A stretch of 64,000 nucleotides of DNA, taken from Monocercomonoides exilis PA203. Its lineage: Eukaryota; Protista; Preaxostyla. The notes beneath the pieces are model-generated. The model had not been told where the DNA came from. It was given only the letters and a program-made list of their open reading frames with translations, and did not search any database. The stretch is taken from assembly GCA_001643675.2 (NCBI GenBank), contig LSRY02000050.1, positions 594,553 to 658,552 of the forward strand, read 5' to 3'. Below, one piece after another: positions 41,701-53,166 of this stretch (position 1 is its first letter; each line of letters opens with the position of its first letter). Both the position numbers and the translations under genes were made by a program.

Positions 41701-42509
41701 CAAAGAAAGTTGTGATTGAGGATGTGGAAGTGAAGAAGGTGGAAGTGGAAGAGGGAGCAGCAATGAGCATCAAGAATGGAATTAAAGGAGAGGGAAAAGA
41801 GAACAAAAAGAATGAAGGGACAGAAGGGACAGAAGAGACAAAAGGGACGATTGTGGTTGTTGAAGGGCTGAAGATGGAAGAGGTGAAGTCGAAGAGTGGG
41901 AATGCAGCAGGGGTGGAGATATCGCTGGGAGAGGAGAATTCGAAGGTGAAGATGGGAAGGAAAAAGGCATGCACATTCAAGGAGTGCAAGGCAGAAAATG
42001 GAAAGTCGGGAGCGATATATATTGAGATGGAGCATGTGAGTGGGAATCTTGAGCTTCCAGGAGAGAACAAACTGGAGATTGATGGGACGAACAGCGGGAA
42101 AGGAACATCAGGAGCGTCGTTGTGCATTGTGGCTCCAGATTTTGACTCATTCAGCAAGCAGGATAATGCATTTGAGTTTGCAAAGAGCTACGATGAAGGG
42201 AAAGCAGGGTGGGTTGTTGGAGCAGCAGATGAGAATGCTGAGCCAGTGGATGTGTATGAGAAGTATCTGAAGGAAAAGAAGGAGCCAGAGCCTGAACCAG
42301 TGCCAGAACCTGAACCAGAGAAGAAAGACGAACGGAAGACAAACACAGGAGTGATTGCTGTGGCGGTTGTGGTGCCGATTGTGTTTGTGATAGCAGTGGT
42401 TGTGATAGTGATTGTGGTGGTGGTGGTGGTTGTGAAGAAGAGAAGATCGAAGCACAACTCGGATGGTGTTGGAAGAGACAAGGAACAGGAGATGAGTAGC
42501 AATATGTAA
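38709..42509 (+). CDS. Type I membrane surface protein with three internal repeats of about 380-420 aa
   Basis: N-terminal hydrophobic signal (MTGIISAIFVAFSVLLQTSC); three homologous modules (VEIDCDAKTGS.LFTCKK.V.F, IGIHLVKVSAG.LTM, C...NGKSG.I); EP-rich stalk; Val-rich TM segment followed by KKRR and a short tail; intronless. Confidence 0.88.
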   Translation: MTGIISAIFVAFSVLLQTSCEENTETTVFVKSGATEEDGKTFEKPVGSFKKAYELLANTSESGLTIKVIKSDDETDALKAEVITFDKTSGITIEGVGSTDANEKVEIDCDAKTGSDLFTCKNKVSFKYLIFDITEAPEQETGELESNPEPFALIHAVAGTENEAGSGSGSGSGSESLTIETCEFKLPGSGGNIGIHLVKVSAGTLTMKEVECTDEGNAVSFTETPFLIDGSVTAVSLTSLTLSKITSTTSAVVKIVGKKDTAISVSLDSCTFTDCVSSDTTSGALYVESENADSTFTIGNTDETTFTKCTCTNGKSGGIYLKITGIAADKLSWPTTGSNLVFSGCAANSSRPTGLYLEVNAELHKTIADAMKSSFAADYTLNDNRWFVAAKGESDGKDVDFTLKYFDQPTEVFVKSEETGEGVSQDGPIGSLQGAYELLADTNEDGLFIKVIKADDGTTALKAEAITFGKASGITIMGVSLSENDEENDEENGEAKVIETEVEIDCDAKTGSNLFTCKKKVEFRSLAFNFPLSLEKEQIQNDDPTATGPFALITADGADAELSIVNCRFVRPTAVAPPAVMRSNEGEETVGIHLVKVSAGSLTMTEVKYEGGETEISFAATPFLVEGTASKVSLTSLNLKKITSSSSAVMKITSTNKIEVSLDSCTFTDCVSSDATSGALYVESENAESSFTIGDNGETKFENCTCENGKSGGISLNLKNITADKLSWPSTKEKLMFSECTAGEAEETSNSIKNTGLYLDVPVGLHEEIAAAMKKSFAADYKIESNKWFIAAKKDSNSDVDFVTKFIDLYDIAYAKKGGNGLGTEYGKPAGSISEAYNLLKEGTNSGGFQIKVIKDDNGLEVKAITLEKESPIMIEGVGSSADANEKVKIGCYAKSNNDLFTCKKEVSFRYLIFDFPTTLSEGTEELKANTNPSALIHAAAESTSLSIDNCEFARPTEGEIGIHLVKVSAGSLTMNQVECTSDDEVKFSVIPFLVEGAKKVVIEDVEVKKVEVEEGAAMSIKNGIKGEGKENKKNEGTEGTEETKGTIVVVEGLKMEEVKSKSGNAAGVEISLGEENSKVKMGRKKACTFKECKAENGKSGAIYIEMEHVSGNLELPGENKLEIDGTNSGKGTSGASLCIVAPDFDSFSKQDNAFEFAKSYDEGKAGWVVGAADENAEPVDVYEKYLKEKKEPEPEPVPEPEPEKKDERKTNTGVIAVAVVVPIVFVIAVVVIVIVVVVVVVKKRRSKHNSDGVGRDKEQEMSSNM

Positions 42510-43449
42510 GAGAGATGGCATCAGAGAAGCGGAGAAGGAGGGGAGGGGAGAAAGAAGAAATGGAAAAAAGGAGGAGAGGAGGAGAGGAGGAGAGGAGGAA
42601 ATGAAGAAGAAAAAAAGAAAGGGAAAAAAGGAAAAAGGAGGAGAGGGGTAATATTCTTAAATTTTTATTGATATTTTTATTTTTGCAATTGTTTTTGCAT
42701 TTTGCATTTTGCATTTTGCATTTTGCATTTTTAATTTTGCATTTTGTACTTTGTATTATTAGCCATTCACAATATTGTTACTGATGGTGAAAGGAAATAC
42801 ATATTCGTATGTATATATGTGTTTTAATTGTATATGCCCACTATTCACAGACCTTATCATTCATCACTCGCCATTCACTATTTACAATAAAGCCTTGGGA
42901 TGAGTTTGAGGGTGGAGGAGAAGAAGGGGAAGAGGAGAGAAAGGCTTTTGATATTTGATATTTGTGATGGCTAAAGATTATTAGACGTTTTATTGTATTT
43001 TTGATTTGTCTATTTTTATGGGCAGTTTAACTCGGCTTTTCCAATGATAATTTTATTTTTTGTAGTTATAACTTGGTTTTATCGTTGTTTATATAAATAT
43101 TTTAATTTATATTTTTGTTCATTTGTTCATTTATTCATTTGTCCATTTATTCCGTTGTTTTTTTGATTTTCACTATTCGCTTTTGAGTTGCTCAGGAGAA
43201 AGCACTTTGCATCCGCAGGAAAGTCGCAAAGTCCTTCCTCTGACGGATTGGATATATTCAACTAATTTTTTTTTTTTTCATTTTTTCATTTTTCAATTAT
43301 TTGACTGGCACATCAATCAAAGTGAAATGACTTGGATGCTTTGTTTCGCAGCTCACTTTGTTTGGAGCACAGGAATGTGTGCCGATGAACAAGAATCAAA
43401 ACATGAAAAACAAAACAATTCCTTTTTTTTTTAAATTTTTTTTTAAATC

Positions 43450-46400
43450 AAAGAGGGAGTTCGTCCCCCAAGTTTGATGCTGCCAAAGCAGTTTCTTCAG
43501 GAAATGAAAAAAAAATTACAAGAAAGCAGATGAAATGAGGCGGAGGAAGGAAGGGAAGACAAGATGGATTCTGAATGATGCTCCTGCTGCAACAGAGCTT
43601 TCCTCTGCCCCTCGCTTTACTCTCCTCAAGACAAACAAAGATCCCTTTTGATTGCTGATCCTTTTTCTGCTTCATTCCTCATTCCTCTTTTCCTCTACAT
43701 CACCTTTCTGACAAATCGTATCAGCTGCTCCAACGTCAATCTCCTTCCTGAAATAATATCTTTTATTCATTCAGCTCCACCTTTCCTCTTCCTCCTCCTC
43801 CTTTTCATTCCTTGCTCTCATATCATCACCCTCTCCATGATCATCTTTTCTTCTCTTCGATCAGTCATCCAACCTCCCCTATTGTTTTTCCATTTTCCTC
43901 ATCACGAGATCATATGAATAAAATTGCATGGTTTATTATTGATTGTTAACATTTGCATTCAAAAATTTGTTCAAATGCAAAATTTCTGCATCATGCTTTA
44001 TTGAAGGCCCGCCAGCCTTATTCGCCGGAAAATTCAATATGTAAACATATGTGCATCTTTAGCTGAAATTTCTTGAATAATTTATCGATGTGTCATATCT
44101 TTTCCTCTTGTGGCACATATTCTTCAAAACTGAAGCAAGGAATTGGTTATCCATTTGCGCTTGCTTTCAAGAAATACATTCTTCATGGAATTCGGCACTT
44201 CAAAAAAATATCACGGCCTGCTTCAAGAATGTCTTTCTTTGAAAAAGAAGATGGCGGAGCAAGCCACTAAAAATATAAATATAAATATAAATATAAATAA
44301 ATATAACAAATAAATCATTTGTAAAATGCGAATTCACACTTCAACTGAACGCACCATCTCGCAACCAGCCTGGCTGATATGAATCAAAAATGCTTTTTCT
44401 GCTCTTCTTTACCACTTATCAGACTTGTCCAACTCCAAACTGAATTTCTGCTGGATGTCCAAATCCAGAGCAATGCAGCAAAGATCAACCTTCACGCATC
44501 CCAACTGTATTTTCATCACTTATGCCTTCCTCTCCAATGTCTATCCTCATGCAACATGCCAAATATCAAGCAGCTGTCTCCAGAAAGATTCCCTCAACTT
44601 TGCACAAAATCGAGAAATTCAGCTGTATGAACTTAAAAATGACTGGTGCATCAACCCTGATGCTTCAATGAAAAAAAACGACAAAACGTCATCCGAACCA
44701 TTAAATATCATAACACATTGCCAATTTGTCCCCAGTTTTGTTGAATTACTGCAATATTCCTTTTTTCTTTCCTTTCCACACAGCTGCGCAGATTCCTAGT
44801 TCCTCAGATCGATATCGCTCTTCCTTTTTCTTTCTCTCTTTCTTTCTATAAAGACTTTCCATAATTTTGGAATCTCTATCATCTGATACTTTCACTTCTA
44901 ACGCTCTTTCACTGTTCTTCTGTTTGAATACATGCCATTCATAAAATAAATTGAATCCGATTTGTCTATTTTCAATGATAATACAGCATATTCTCTTTTT
45001 CATCAATATTTGTGATGATTGAAAGAACGAACAAATGAAGAGCATACAGCTATCCAGACCATGTTCCGTGTGGTGAATGAGGCTCTTCATGCCTTTGAGG
45101 ATGAGGAAGACAGCCTTCCCCCTCTTTTGAGGAATCTGATTCCTCAAATCTTATGAATTCTCTTGGCATATGGCTTGTTATCATTCCCTTTTCTTCTGAC
45201 TGCTCATCAGATGATTCAGATGCTTCTTTCTTCTCTTTGACTTTCACAGCTGATTGAATCTTCCTCCAATATTTCTGTGAAGAGCAAGATGTTCACAAAA
45301 TATCCTCTTCCTTCATCGGCCTTTGAGGATGAAGATGAGAACAGGAAGGAGTGTTTGAGGGTGAAGACAATCAGAACAGCAGATGAACAAGAACAAGGAA
45401 GCAGCAAAAGAATCAGCTCCATTCTCAATTGGGATGGTGCTGTGGAAGTGGCTGAAACTGAAGATCCCTTTTGGAGAGGACGAGGCAGAGGTGGCTGGAT
45501 GGAAGAGGAGCGCGATGGAGAGAGACAAGAGAAGGAGATGACATAAGAGCAGACGTTGAAAGAGATCTTGAATGAACTGCATGTTGAGTGAGGATGAAAG
45601 TTGATTGAAACAGGCACATCTGAAGAATAAGCTTTATTCGAGACGTTTAGAGAGAGCGAGTGACGTGATGATGATGTTTGACGCGACAATAATAATGATG
45701 ATGATGTTTGATGCGATCAGTGCTTCGCTATCAGCAGATGAAGAAGGTTAAGAAGAAGGCGATAAAAAAGGTGACGATAAGCTTTGAAGAAAAAGAAGAA
45801 AAAAAAGAAAAAGAAGGTGAATGTGGAGAAGAAAAAGAAAAAATTGGTGAAGAAGGTGAAGAAGTTCGAGACGGAGAAGAAGAAGAAGAAGAAGAAGAAG
45901 AAGAAGAAGAAGAAGAAGAAGAAGAAGAAGAAGAAGAAGAAGAAGAAGAAGAAGAAGAAGAAGAAGAAAAAGAAAAAGAAGAAAAAGAGGAAGAGGAAGA
46001 AGATGTTGATGGAGAAGGAGAAGAAGTTGAAGGGTGAAGATCTGTTGTATCGTTATTTGAAAAGATATTCGAAGAATTATCATGATTTGAAAAATTTCTT
46101 TCATTTGTATATGACTTGTGTTGAGACAAAGAAGTGTTGCTATCTTTTGCAAATGTAGATAGAAGATCTTGAAATGCCTGTGGAGGAATCAGAGTTGGAG
46201 AAGTGACATATTCGAGCAATTGCTCACTCACCCACACATCATCGTTTCTGAAGGAAGAGGAAGATGTCTCGGTAGAAGAAGAATTTGTCTTTTCTTTTTG
46301 TTGCGTTTCAAAAAATGAGTGAGATGAGTGAGATGAGTGAGATGAGGAAGATGAGGAGGAAGATGAGGAAGATGAGGAAGATGAGGAAGATGAGGAAGAT

Positions 46401-47600
46401 GAGGAAGATGAGGAAGATGAGGAAGATGAGGAAGAAGAAGTTGAAGAAAAGGATAAAATGAAAAGAATGATTTTGTACATATGGCATTTCATTTCCAATG
46501 TTGCGAATGACAGTTGAGAAGAAGAGGAACAAATGAAATGATTTTCCTTTCAATTTGCTGTGCTGCCGATTGATAAGCATTAACACATTGGAAGGTCTGC
46601 TCTCTGATCAAATGTCAAATGAGAGGAATTATAAGAAGAAGAAGAAGAAGAAGGCAAAGAAGGCAAAGAAGAAAATTTCGGAGAAATAGAAGAAGGAGAA
46701 GTGGAAGAAGGCGAAGAAGAAGAAGATGATGATGATGGTATTGCTGATTATGATGAAATGGAAGAAGAAAAAGATGTTTACCACAAAATGAAATGATATG
46801 AGCCATATGAACTTAACAAATGCTGTTGAATGGAGAAGGCGAAGAAAAAGACTCATTGTTTATATTTGCAATTGTGCCCATCTACTTTGCAAGTTGAAAT
46901 GAATTCTAAAAGTGACGAAGTAAAAAGAAAACACTGATTTCTTTCCAGAAAATGAGTCAAAAGTGGTATAGTTGGAATTCTGTGTGATTTCAAAAAAAAT
47001 TCATTTTGCTCTGAGAGAAAACACACAATCCGGTTTATTCAATCGAAGAAAAAATGAAAAAATGAATTTTCCTGAATATCGAAACATGAAAAAAGATTAC
47101 AAACTCACTCCTTGAAACATGACAATTTGAAGGCTATTCAAACAATAAAATTCTCAAATAATAAGCTGCTATTCTCCACAACCGAGCATTAAATATAGTC
47201 AATGAAGAGATCGAAGGAGAAGGAAAAGGAGAAGGAGAAGGAACCACATGATTTGAAAAAATGCTGCTTGAAATGGATTGTTCCTGAAAATGACGCTCAA
47301 CATGAAAAAAAAGCTGTTCATTGGAATGGAAGTGAAAAGACATAAAATAAAAATAATGGGTTTACATTTATTTTAAAAATTCCTCAAAAGAACACATCTG
47401 TCCTTTCTATCGCAAATGCAGAGGATAGCTCAATCACAGATTCTATCAATCTCCTTTTCCATTGTTTCTCAGTGCTCCTTTCTCCATCTGCATTTTTATC
47501 AATAAATATCCTGCATTCGATAATATTTTCCACGTTCTTCTCATATTCAATACAAATTGACCTTTTCTTTCTTTCTAAGTGCTTTCCAGTTGTTGGGCAT
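43450..47600 (-). pseudogene. Large degenerate Ser-rich gene with in-frame stops and microsatellite expansions
   Basis: Successive minus-strand ORF pieces (47134-47343, 45731-46498, 45216-45689, 44746-45147); shares a block with 18692-19043; contains (GAA)n at 45875-45968 and (GATGAGGAA)n at about 46342-46435; boundaries approximate. Confidence 0.5.
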
Positions 47601-48205
47601 CTTCTTTGTTGAAAAAAGACTTTCCATTGAAATCAGAATTGGAAAATGGCAATTAATACAATTTGTGTTCAAATGTCAAATTGTTTTTGAAATGTTGAAA
47701 ATATTCTTTTGCCACAGTTCATGACCATGGATTTTTTTTGAAAATTCCTTAAAACCATGTTTGATGATGCATATGCCAGGTAAATTGACTTTTCACAAGT
47801 ATTTTCTGGAAAACCTTAAAGTGGTGATTGTTATTGAAAGAATGGATAATGAAGCGCACATCAGAAGTGGAACGATAAAAATCCTAATGATTTAGTAATT
47901 ATTGGATTGCATTTGCTATTTTCTTTATTTCTCTTCATTATTCAACGTTGTAGAAAAATATCAAATAAATACTTTTTCAGAAAAAATCAAGTTTTGAAAG
48001 AAAACATATTATCCCGAATAACCGGCAATAAAAGAATAATCATTCCTATTTTTTTTTTCAGTGCTGTCAAATCATGAAGAAAAAAATATTTCATTATAAT
48101 GGTCTGCCCCATAACACAATAGAATTCTTCAAAGAACTAATATTTTTGTTGAATCTCGAATCTGTGAGCAACAAACAATACCATTCAACCTTTAATAACA
48201 AGAAA

Positions 48206-51200
48206 ATGGGAAGTAGTATTTCTACAATAAATCTTGAGAAAGATAGTAAAGGAAGGACAGAGGCAATGCGTTGGATTATCAGAAAAAAATCAGAGCCACC
48301 AATGTGGATGAGGCACAATATAACGCTGGGAGATAAGGAGGGAAAAACAATGGCAATGATATGGATCGAAAGTGTGAAGACAGAGCCGCCGGAATGGATG
48401 AGACATGAAGCAACATTACCTGAAAAGGATGGGAGGATGATGATCGATTATTGGAAAATGAATGTAAAGGATGATCCACCAAGTTGGTTGAGCCATGACT
48501 ATTCATTGTGCGACAAAGAAGGAAAAACAGCGGCGATGCGCTATATCATCGAGAAAAAGGAAGAACCGCCAAAGTGGATGAGGCACAGAAACACGCTTTG
48601 CGACAAAGATGGAAGCACGATGGCCATGCACTGGATTGCAAATGTCAAAACAAAACCGCCAAAATGGATGAGACACGATATAACGCTGGGAGATAAGGAG
48701 GGAAAAACAATGGCAATGCTGTGGATTCAGTTCGTGAAGACAGAGCCGCCGGAATGGATGAGGCACGAAGCAAGATTTTCTGAAAAGGATGGGAGGATGA
48801 TGATCGATTATTGGAAAAGCAATATCGGGAGTGCACCACCGGAATGGATGAATTATAAAAATACAAAGAGATACAAAGATGGAAGAACAGATGCCATGCT
48901 TTGGATTATTAGAAAAAAATCAGAACCACCTGAATGGATGAGACATGAAATTACTCTCGCTGATAAGGAGAGAAAAACAATGGCCATGCTGTGGATAGAG
49001 AATGTAAAGACAGAACCTCCAGAATGGATGAGACATGATATAACATTTGGAGATAAGGAGGGAAAAACAATGGCGATGTATTGGATTCAGTTTGTGAAGA
49101 TAGAACCGCCGGAATGGATGAGACACGATATTACACTTGAAGATATCTTTGGATCTACAATGGCCATACTGTGGATTCAAAATGTCAATTCAAAACCTCC
49201 AGAGTGGATGAGGCACGATGCTGCGCTTAAAAATAGGAGAGGAAAGACAATTGCCATGGAGTGGATAATCGATAAGAAATCAGAGCCACCAGTGTGGATG
49301 AGACATGACATCACTCTGCGCAACAAGGACGGGCAGACAATGGCCATGCTATGGATTCAATTTGTTCAAACCAATCTGCCAGTGTGGATGAGGCACAATA
49401 TAACGCTGGGAGATAAGGAGGGAAAAACAATGGCAATGATATGGATCGAAAGTGTGAAGACAGAGCCGCCGGAATGGATGAGACATGAAGCAACATTACC
49501 TGAAAAGGATGGGAGGATGATGATCGATTATTGGAAAATGAATGTAAAGGATGATCCACCAAGTTGGTTGAGCCATGACTATTCATTGTGCGACAAAGAA
49601 GGAAAAACAGCGGCGATGCGCTATATCATCGAGAAAAAGGAAGAACCGCCAAAGTGGATGAGGCACAGAAACACGCTTTGCGACAAAGATGGAAGCACGA
49701 TGGCCATGCACTGGATTGCAAATGTCAAAACAAAACCGCCAAAATGGATGAGACACGATATAACGCTGGGAGATAAGGAGGGAAAAACAATGGCAATGCT
49801 GTGGATTCAGTTCGTGAAGACAGAGCCGCCGGAATGGATGAGGCACGAAGCAAGATTTTCTGAAAAGGATGGGAGGACAATGGCCATGTATTGGAATAAC
49901 ATTTTAAAGACGGAACCCCCAAGATGGATGAGGCACGATATCACGCTTACTGATAAATATGGATGGACAATAGCGATGCACTGGGTTTATAATGTGAAGA
50001 CAGAACTACCAGAATGGATGAGGCATGATATCACACTTACTGATAAGTACGGATGGACAATGGCCATGCTGTGGATTTCAAAATTGAAGACAGAACCTCC
50101 AGCATGGATGAGGCACGATATTGCATTTACAAATCATAAAGGATGTTCAATGGCCATGCTGTGGATTCAAAATGTGAATACAGAGCCACCAGTGTGGATG
50201 AGACATGACATTACACTTCGCAACAAGGACGGGCAGACAATGGCAATGATATGGATTAAATATGTGAAGACAGAGCCACCGGAATGGATGAGGCATGACA
50301 TTACACTTCGCAACAATTTTGAATCAACGATGGCCATGTTGTGGATTCAAGAAGTCAAAACAGAACCACCAGAATGGATGAGACATGAAATTACTCTCGC
50401 CGATAAGGACGGGCAGACAATGGCCATGCTGTGGATTCAAGATGTCAAAACAGAGCCACCAGTGTGGATGAGGCACGATATTGCATTTACAAATCATAAA
50501 GGATGTTCAATGGCCATGCTGTGGATTCAAAATGTCAAAACAGAACCACCAGAATGGATGAGACATTGTGTCACACTTGCTGATAAGGAAGGAAAGACGA
50601 TGGCAGATCATTGGAAAAGCAATTTCTGGAGTGCACCACCGGAATGGATGACTAAAGATATCACACACGCTGATGAATATGGATGGACAATGGCCATGCT
50701 TTGGATTGTGGAGAAAAATACAGAGCCACCAATGTGGATAAGACATGAAATTACTCTCGCTGATAAGGATGGACATACAATGGCAATGCTTTGGATATGG
50801 AGTGTAAAGACAGAACCACCACATTGGATGAGACATGATATCACACTTCGCAACAATTTTAAATCAACGATGGCCATGATGTGGATTCAATTTGTTCAAA
50901 CCAATCCACCAGCGTGGATGAGACACGATAATACACTTTTCAACAAATATGGACAAACAATGGCCATGCTGTGGATATGGGGTGTAAAGACAGAACCACC
51001 TGAATGGATGAGACATGAAATTACTCTCGCTGATAAGGAGAGAAAAACAATGGCCATGCTGTGGATAGAGAATGTAAAGACAGAACCTCCAGAATGGATG
51101 AGACATGATATAACATTTGGAGATAAGGAGGGAAAAACAATGGCGATGTATTGGATTCAGTTTGTGAAGATAGAACCGCCGGAATGGATGAGACACGATA

Positions 51201-53014
51201 TTACACTTGAAGATATCTTTGGATCTACAATGGCCATACTGTGGATTCAAAATGTCAATTCAAAACCTCCAGAGTGGATGAGGCACGATGCTGCGCTTAA
51301 AAATAGGAGAGGAAAGACAATTGCCATGGAGTGGATAATCGATAAGAAATCAGAGCCACCAGTGTGGATGAGACATGACATCACTCTGCGCAACAAGGAC
51401 GGGCAGACAATGGCCATGCTATGGATTCAATTTGTTCAAACCAATCTGCCAGTGTGGATGAGGCACAATATAACGCTGGGAGATAAGGAGGGAAAAACAA
51501 TGGCAATGATATGGATCGAAAGTGTGAAGACAGAGCCACCAGTGTGGATGAGACATGACATCACTCTGCGCAACAAGGACGGGCAGACAATGGCCATGCT
51601 ATGGATTCAATTTGTTCAAACCAATCTGCCAGTGTGGATGAGGCACAATATAACGCTGGGAGATAAGGAGGGAAAAACAATGGCAATGATATGGATCGAA
51701 AGTGTGAAGACAGAACCACCAGAATGGATGAGACATGAAATTACTCTCGCCGATATGAACGGGCAGACAATGGCTATGTTCTGGATTTCAAAATTGAAGA
51801 CAGAACCTCCAGAGTGGAAGAGGCACGATGCTGCGCTTAAAAATAGGAGAGGAAAGACAATTGCCATGGAGTGGATAATCGATAAGAAATCAGAGCCACC
51901 AGTGTGGATGAGACATGACATCACTCTGCGCAACAAGGACGGGCAGACAATGGCCATGCTATGGATTCAATTTGTTCAAACCAATCTGCCAGTGTGGATG
52001 AGACACGATGCAACACTTACTGATAAGGACGGATTTACAATGGCAATGATATGGATTAAATATGTGAAGACAGAGCCACCGGAATGGATGAGGCATGACA
52101 TTACACTTCGCAACAATTTTGAATCAACGATGGCCATGTTGTGGATTCAAGAAGTCAAAACAGAACCACCAGAATGGATGAGACATGAAATTACTCTCGC
52201 CGATAAGGACGGGCAGACAATGGCCATGCTGTGGATTCAAGATGTCAAAACAGAACCACCAGAATGGGTGAGACATTGTGTAACACTTTGCAACAAAAAT
52301 GGGTGGACAATGGTGATGAAATGGATTGAATATGTGAAGACAGAACCTCCAGAATGGATGGTTTATGATAATAAACTTGGCGATGATAAAGGAGAGACAA
52401 TGGCAATGAGGTGGATAATCGATAAGAAATCAGAGCCACCAGTGTGGATGAGACATGAAATCACACTTGGCAACAATTATGGAAATACAATGGCCATGCT
52501 TTGGATATGGGGTGTAAAGACAGAACCACCTGAATGGATGAGACATGATATCACACTTGGAAATAAACACGGATTGACAATGGCGATGATATGGATTGCT
52601 ATCGTGAAGACAGAACCACCAGAGTGGATGAGGCATGACACAACTTTGTGTGATGCTATGGGATGGACGATGGTCATGCACTGGATTCAGTTTGTGCAAA
52701 CAAAGCCACTATTGTGGATGAGACACTACAAAACACTTGCTGATAAGGACGGATGGACGATGGCCATGCATTGGATAAGATATGTTAAAACAGAGCCGCC
52801 ATTGTGGATGAGACACGAAAATACACTTTGCAACAAAAATGGGTGGACAATGGCAATGCTGTGGATAATATTTGTGAAAACAGAGCCACCAGAATGGATG
52901 AGACACGAAAAAACAATAAAAGGTGGTTGGGGAAAACAGACAATGGCCATGCTCTGGATTAAATATGTGAACACAGAACCGCCAGAATGGATGAAGACTG
53001 ATAAATCCTTATGA
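48206..53014 (+). CDS. About 1600-aa protein of about 53 tandem 30-aa Trp/Met-rich repeats (ankyrin-like D-x-x-G-x-T motif); predicted N-myristoylated
   Basis: Repeat consensus TEPPEWMRHDITLxDKxGxTMAMLWIxxVK (90-bp unit). The ATG at 48206 gives MGSSIS, matching the MGxxxS myristoylation consensus. The open frame extends upstream to 48074. Confidence 0.85.
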   Translation: MGSSISTINLEKDSKGRTEAMRWIIRKKSEPPMWMRHNITLGDKEGKTMAMIWIESVKTEPPEWMRHEATLPEKDGRMMIDYWKMNVKDDPPSWLSHDYSLCDKEGKTAAMRYIIEKKEEPPKWMRHRNTLCDKDGSTMAMHWIANVKTKPPKWMRHDITLGDKEGKTMAMLWIQFVKTEPPEWMRHEARFSEKDGRMMIDYWKSNIGSAPPEWMNYKNTKRYKDGRTDAMLWIIRKKSEPPEWMRHEITLADKERKTMAMLWIENVKTEPPEWMRHDITFGDKEGKTMAMYWIQFVKIEPPEWMRHDITLEDIFGSTMAILWIQNVNSKPPEWMRHDAALKNRRGKTIAMEWIIDKKSEPPVWMRHDITLRNKDGQTMAMLWIQFVQTNLPVWMRHNITLGDKEGKTMAMIWIESVKTEPPEWMRHEATLPEKDGRMMIDYWKMNVKDDPPSWLSHDYSLCDKEGKTAAMRYIIEKKEEPPKWMRHRNTLCDKDGSTMAMHWIANVKTKPPKWMRHDITLGDKEGKTMAMLWIQFVKTEPPEWMRHEARFSEKDGRTMAMYWNNILKTEPPRWMRHDITLTDKYGWTIAMHWVYNVKTELPEWMRHDITLTDKYGWTMAMLWISKLKTEPPAWMRHDIAFTNHKGCSMAMLWIQNVNTEPPVWMRHDITLRNKDGQTMAMIWIKYVKTEPPEWMRHDITLRNNFESTMAMLWIQEVKTEPPEWMRHEITLADKDGQTMAMLWIQDVKTEPPVWMRHDIAFTNHKGCSMAMLWIQNVKTEPPEWMRHCVTLADKEGKTMADHWKSNFWSAPPEWMTKDITHADEYGWTMAMLWIVEKNTEPPMWIRHEITLADKDGHTMAMLWIWSVKTEPPHWMRHDITLRNNFKSTMAMMWIQFVQTNPPAWMRHDNTLFNKYGQTMAMLWIWGVKTEPPEWMRHEITLADKERKTMAMLWIENVKTEPPEWMRHDITFGDKEGKTMAMYWIQFVKIEPPEWMRHDITLEDIFGSTMAILWIQNVNSKPPEWMRHDAALKNRRGKTIAMEWIIDKKSEPPVWMRHDITLRNKDGQTMAMLWIQFVQTNLPVWMRHNITLGDKEGKTMAMIWIESVKTEPPVWMRHDITLRNKDGQTMAMLWIQFVQTNLPVWMRHNITLGDKEGKTMAMIWIESVKTEPPEWMRHEITLADMNGQTMAMFWISKLKTEPPEWKRHDAALKNRRGKTIAMEWIIDKKSEPPVWMRHDITLRNKDGQTMAMLWIQFVQTNLPVWMRHDATLTDKDGFTMAMIWIKYVKTEPPEWMRHDITLRNNFESTMAMLWIQEVKTEPPEWMRHEITLADKDGQTMAMLWIQDVKTEPPEWVRHCVTLCNKNGWTMVMKWIEYVKTEPPEWMVYDNKLGDDKGETMAMRWIIDKKSEPPVWMRHEITLGNNYGNTMAMLWIWGVKTEPPEWMRHDITLGNKHGLTMAMIWIAIVKTEPPEWMRHDTTLCDAMGWTMVMHWIQFVQTKPLLWMRHYKTLADKDGWTMAMHWIRYVKTEPPLWMRHENTLCNKNGWTMAMLWIIFVKTEPPEWMRHEKTIKGGWGKQTMAMLWIKYVNTEPPEWMKTDKSL

Positions 53015-53126
53015 GAATTTATCTAATTTGTGTTAAATGTGTTGTTTTCGATGATTCAGAAGAATTTGCTTATTAACTGATTTCTCAATAAAGGCTATTC
53101 TCCATCCAATCGAAAAGCATGACAAT

Positions 53127-53128
<2 letters not shown>

Positions 53129-53166
<38 letters not shown>
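53129..53166. repeat. Poly(T) tract
   Basis: Run of about 38 T. Confidence 0.9.

Noticed and set aside
48206-53014. Diversity-generating retroelement or CRISPR-type repeat/spacer system
   Set aside because: Repeats are in-frame coding units with no adenine-specific template/variable pair; the only RT in the window is a DIRS RT
53129-53166. Poly(A) tail of a minus-strand retroposed element
   Set aside because: No target-site duplication or associated ORF found; long homopolymers and microsatellites are common in this window
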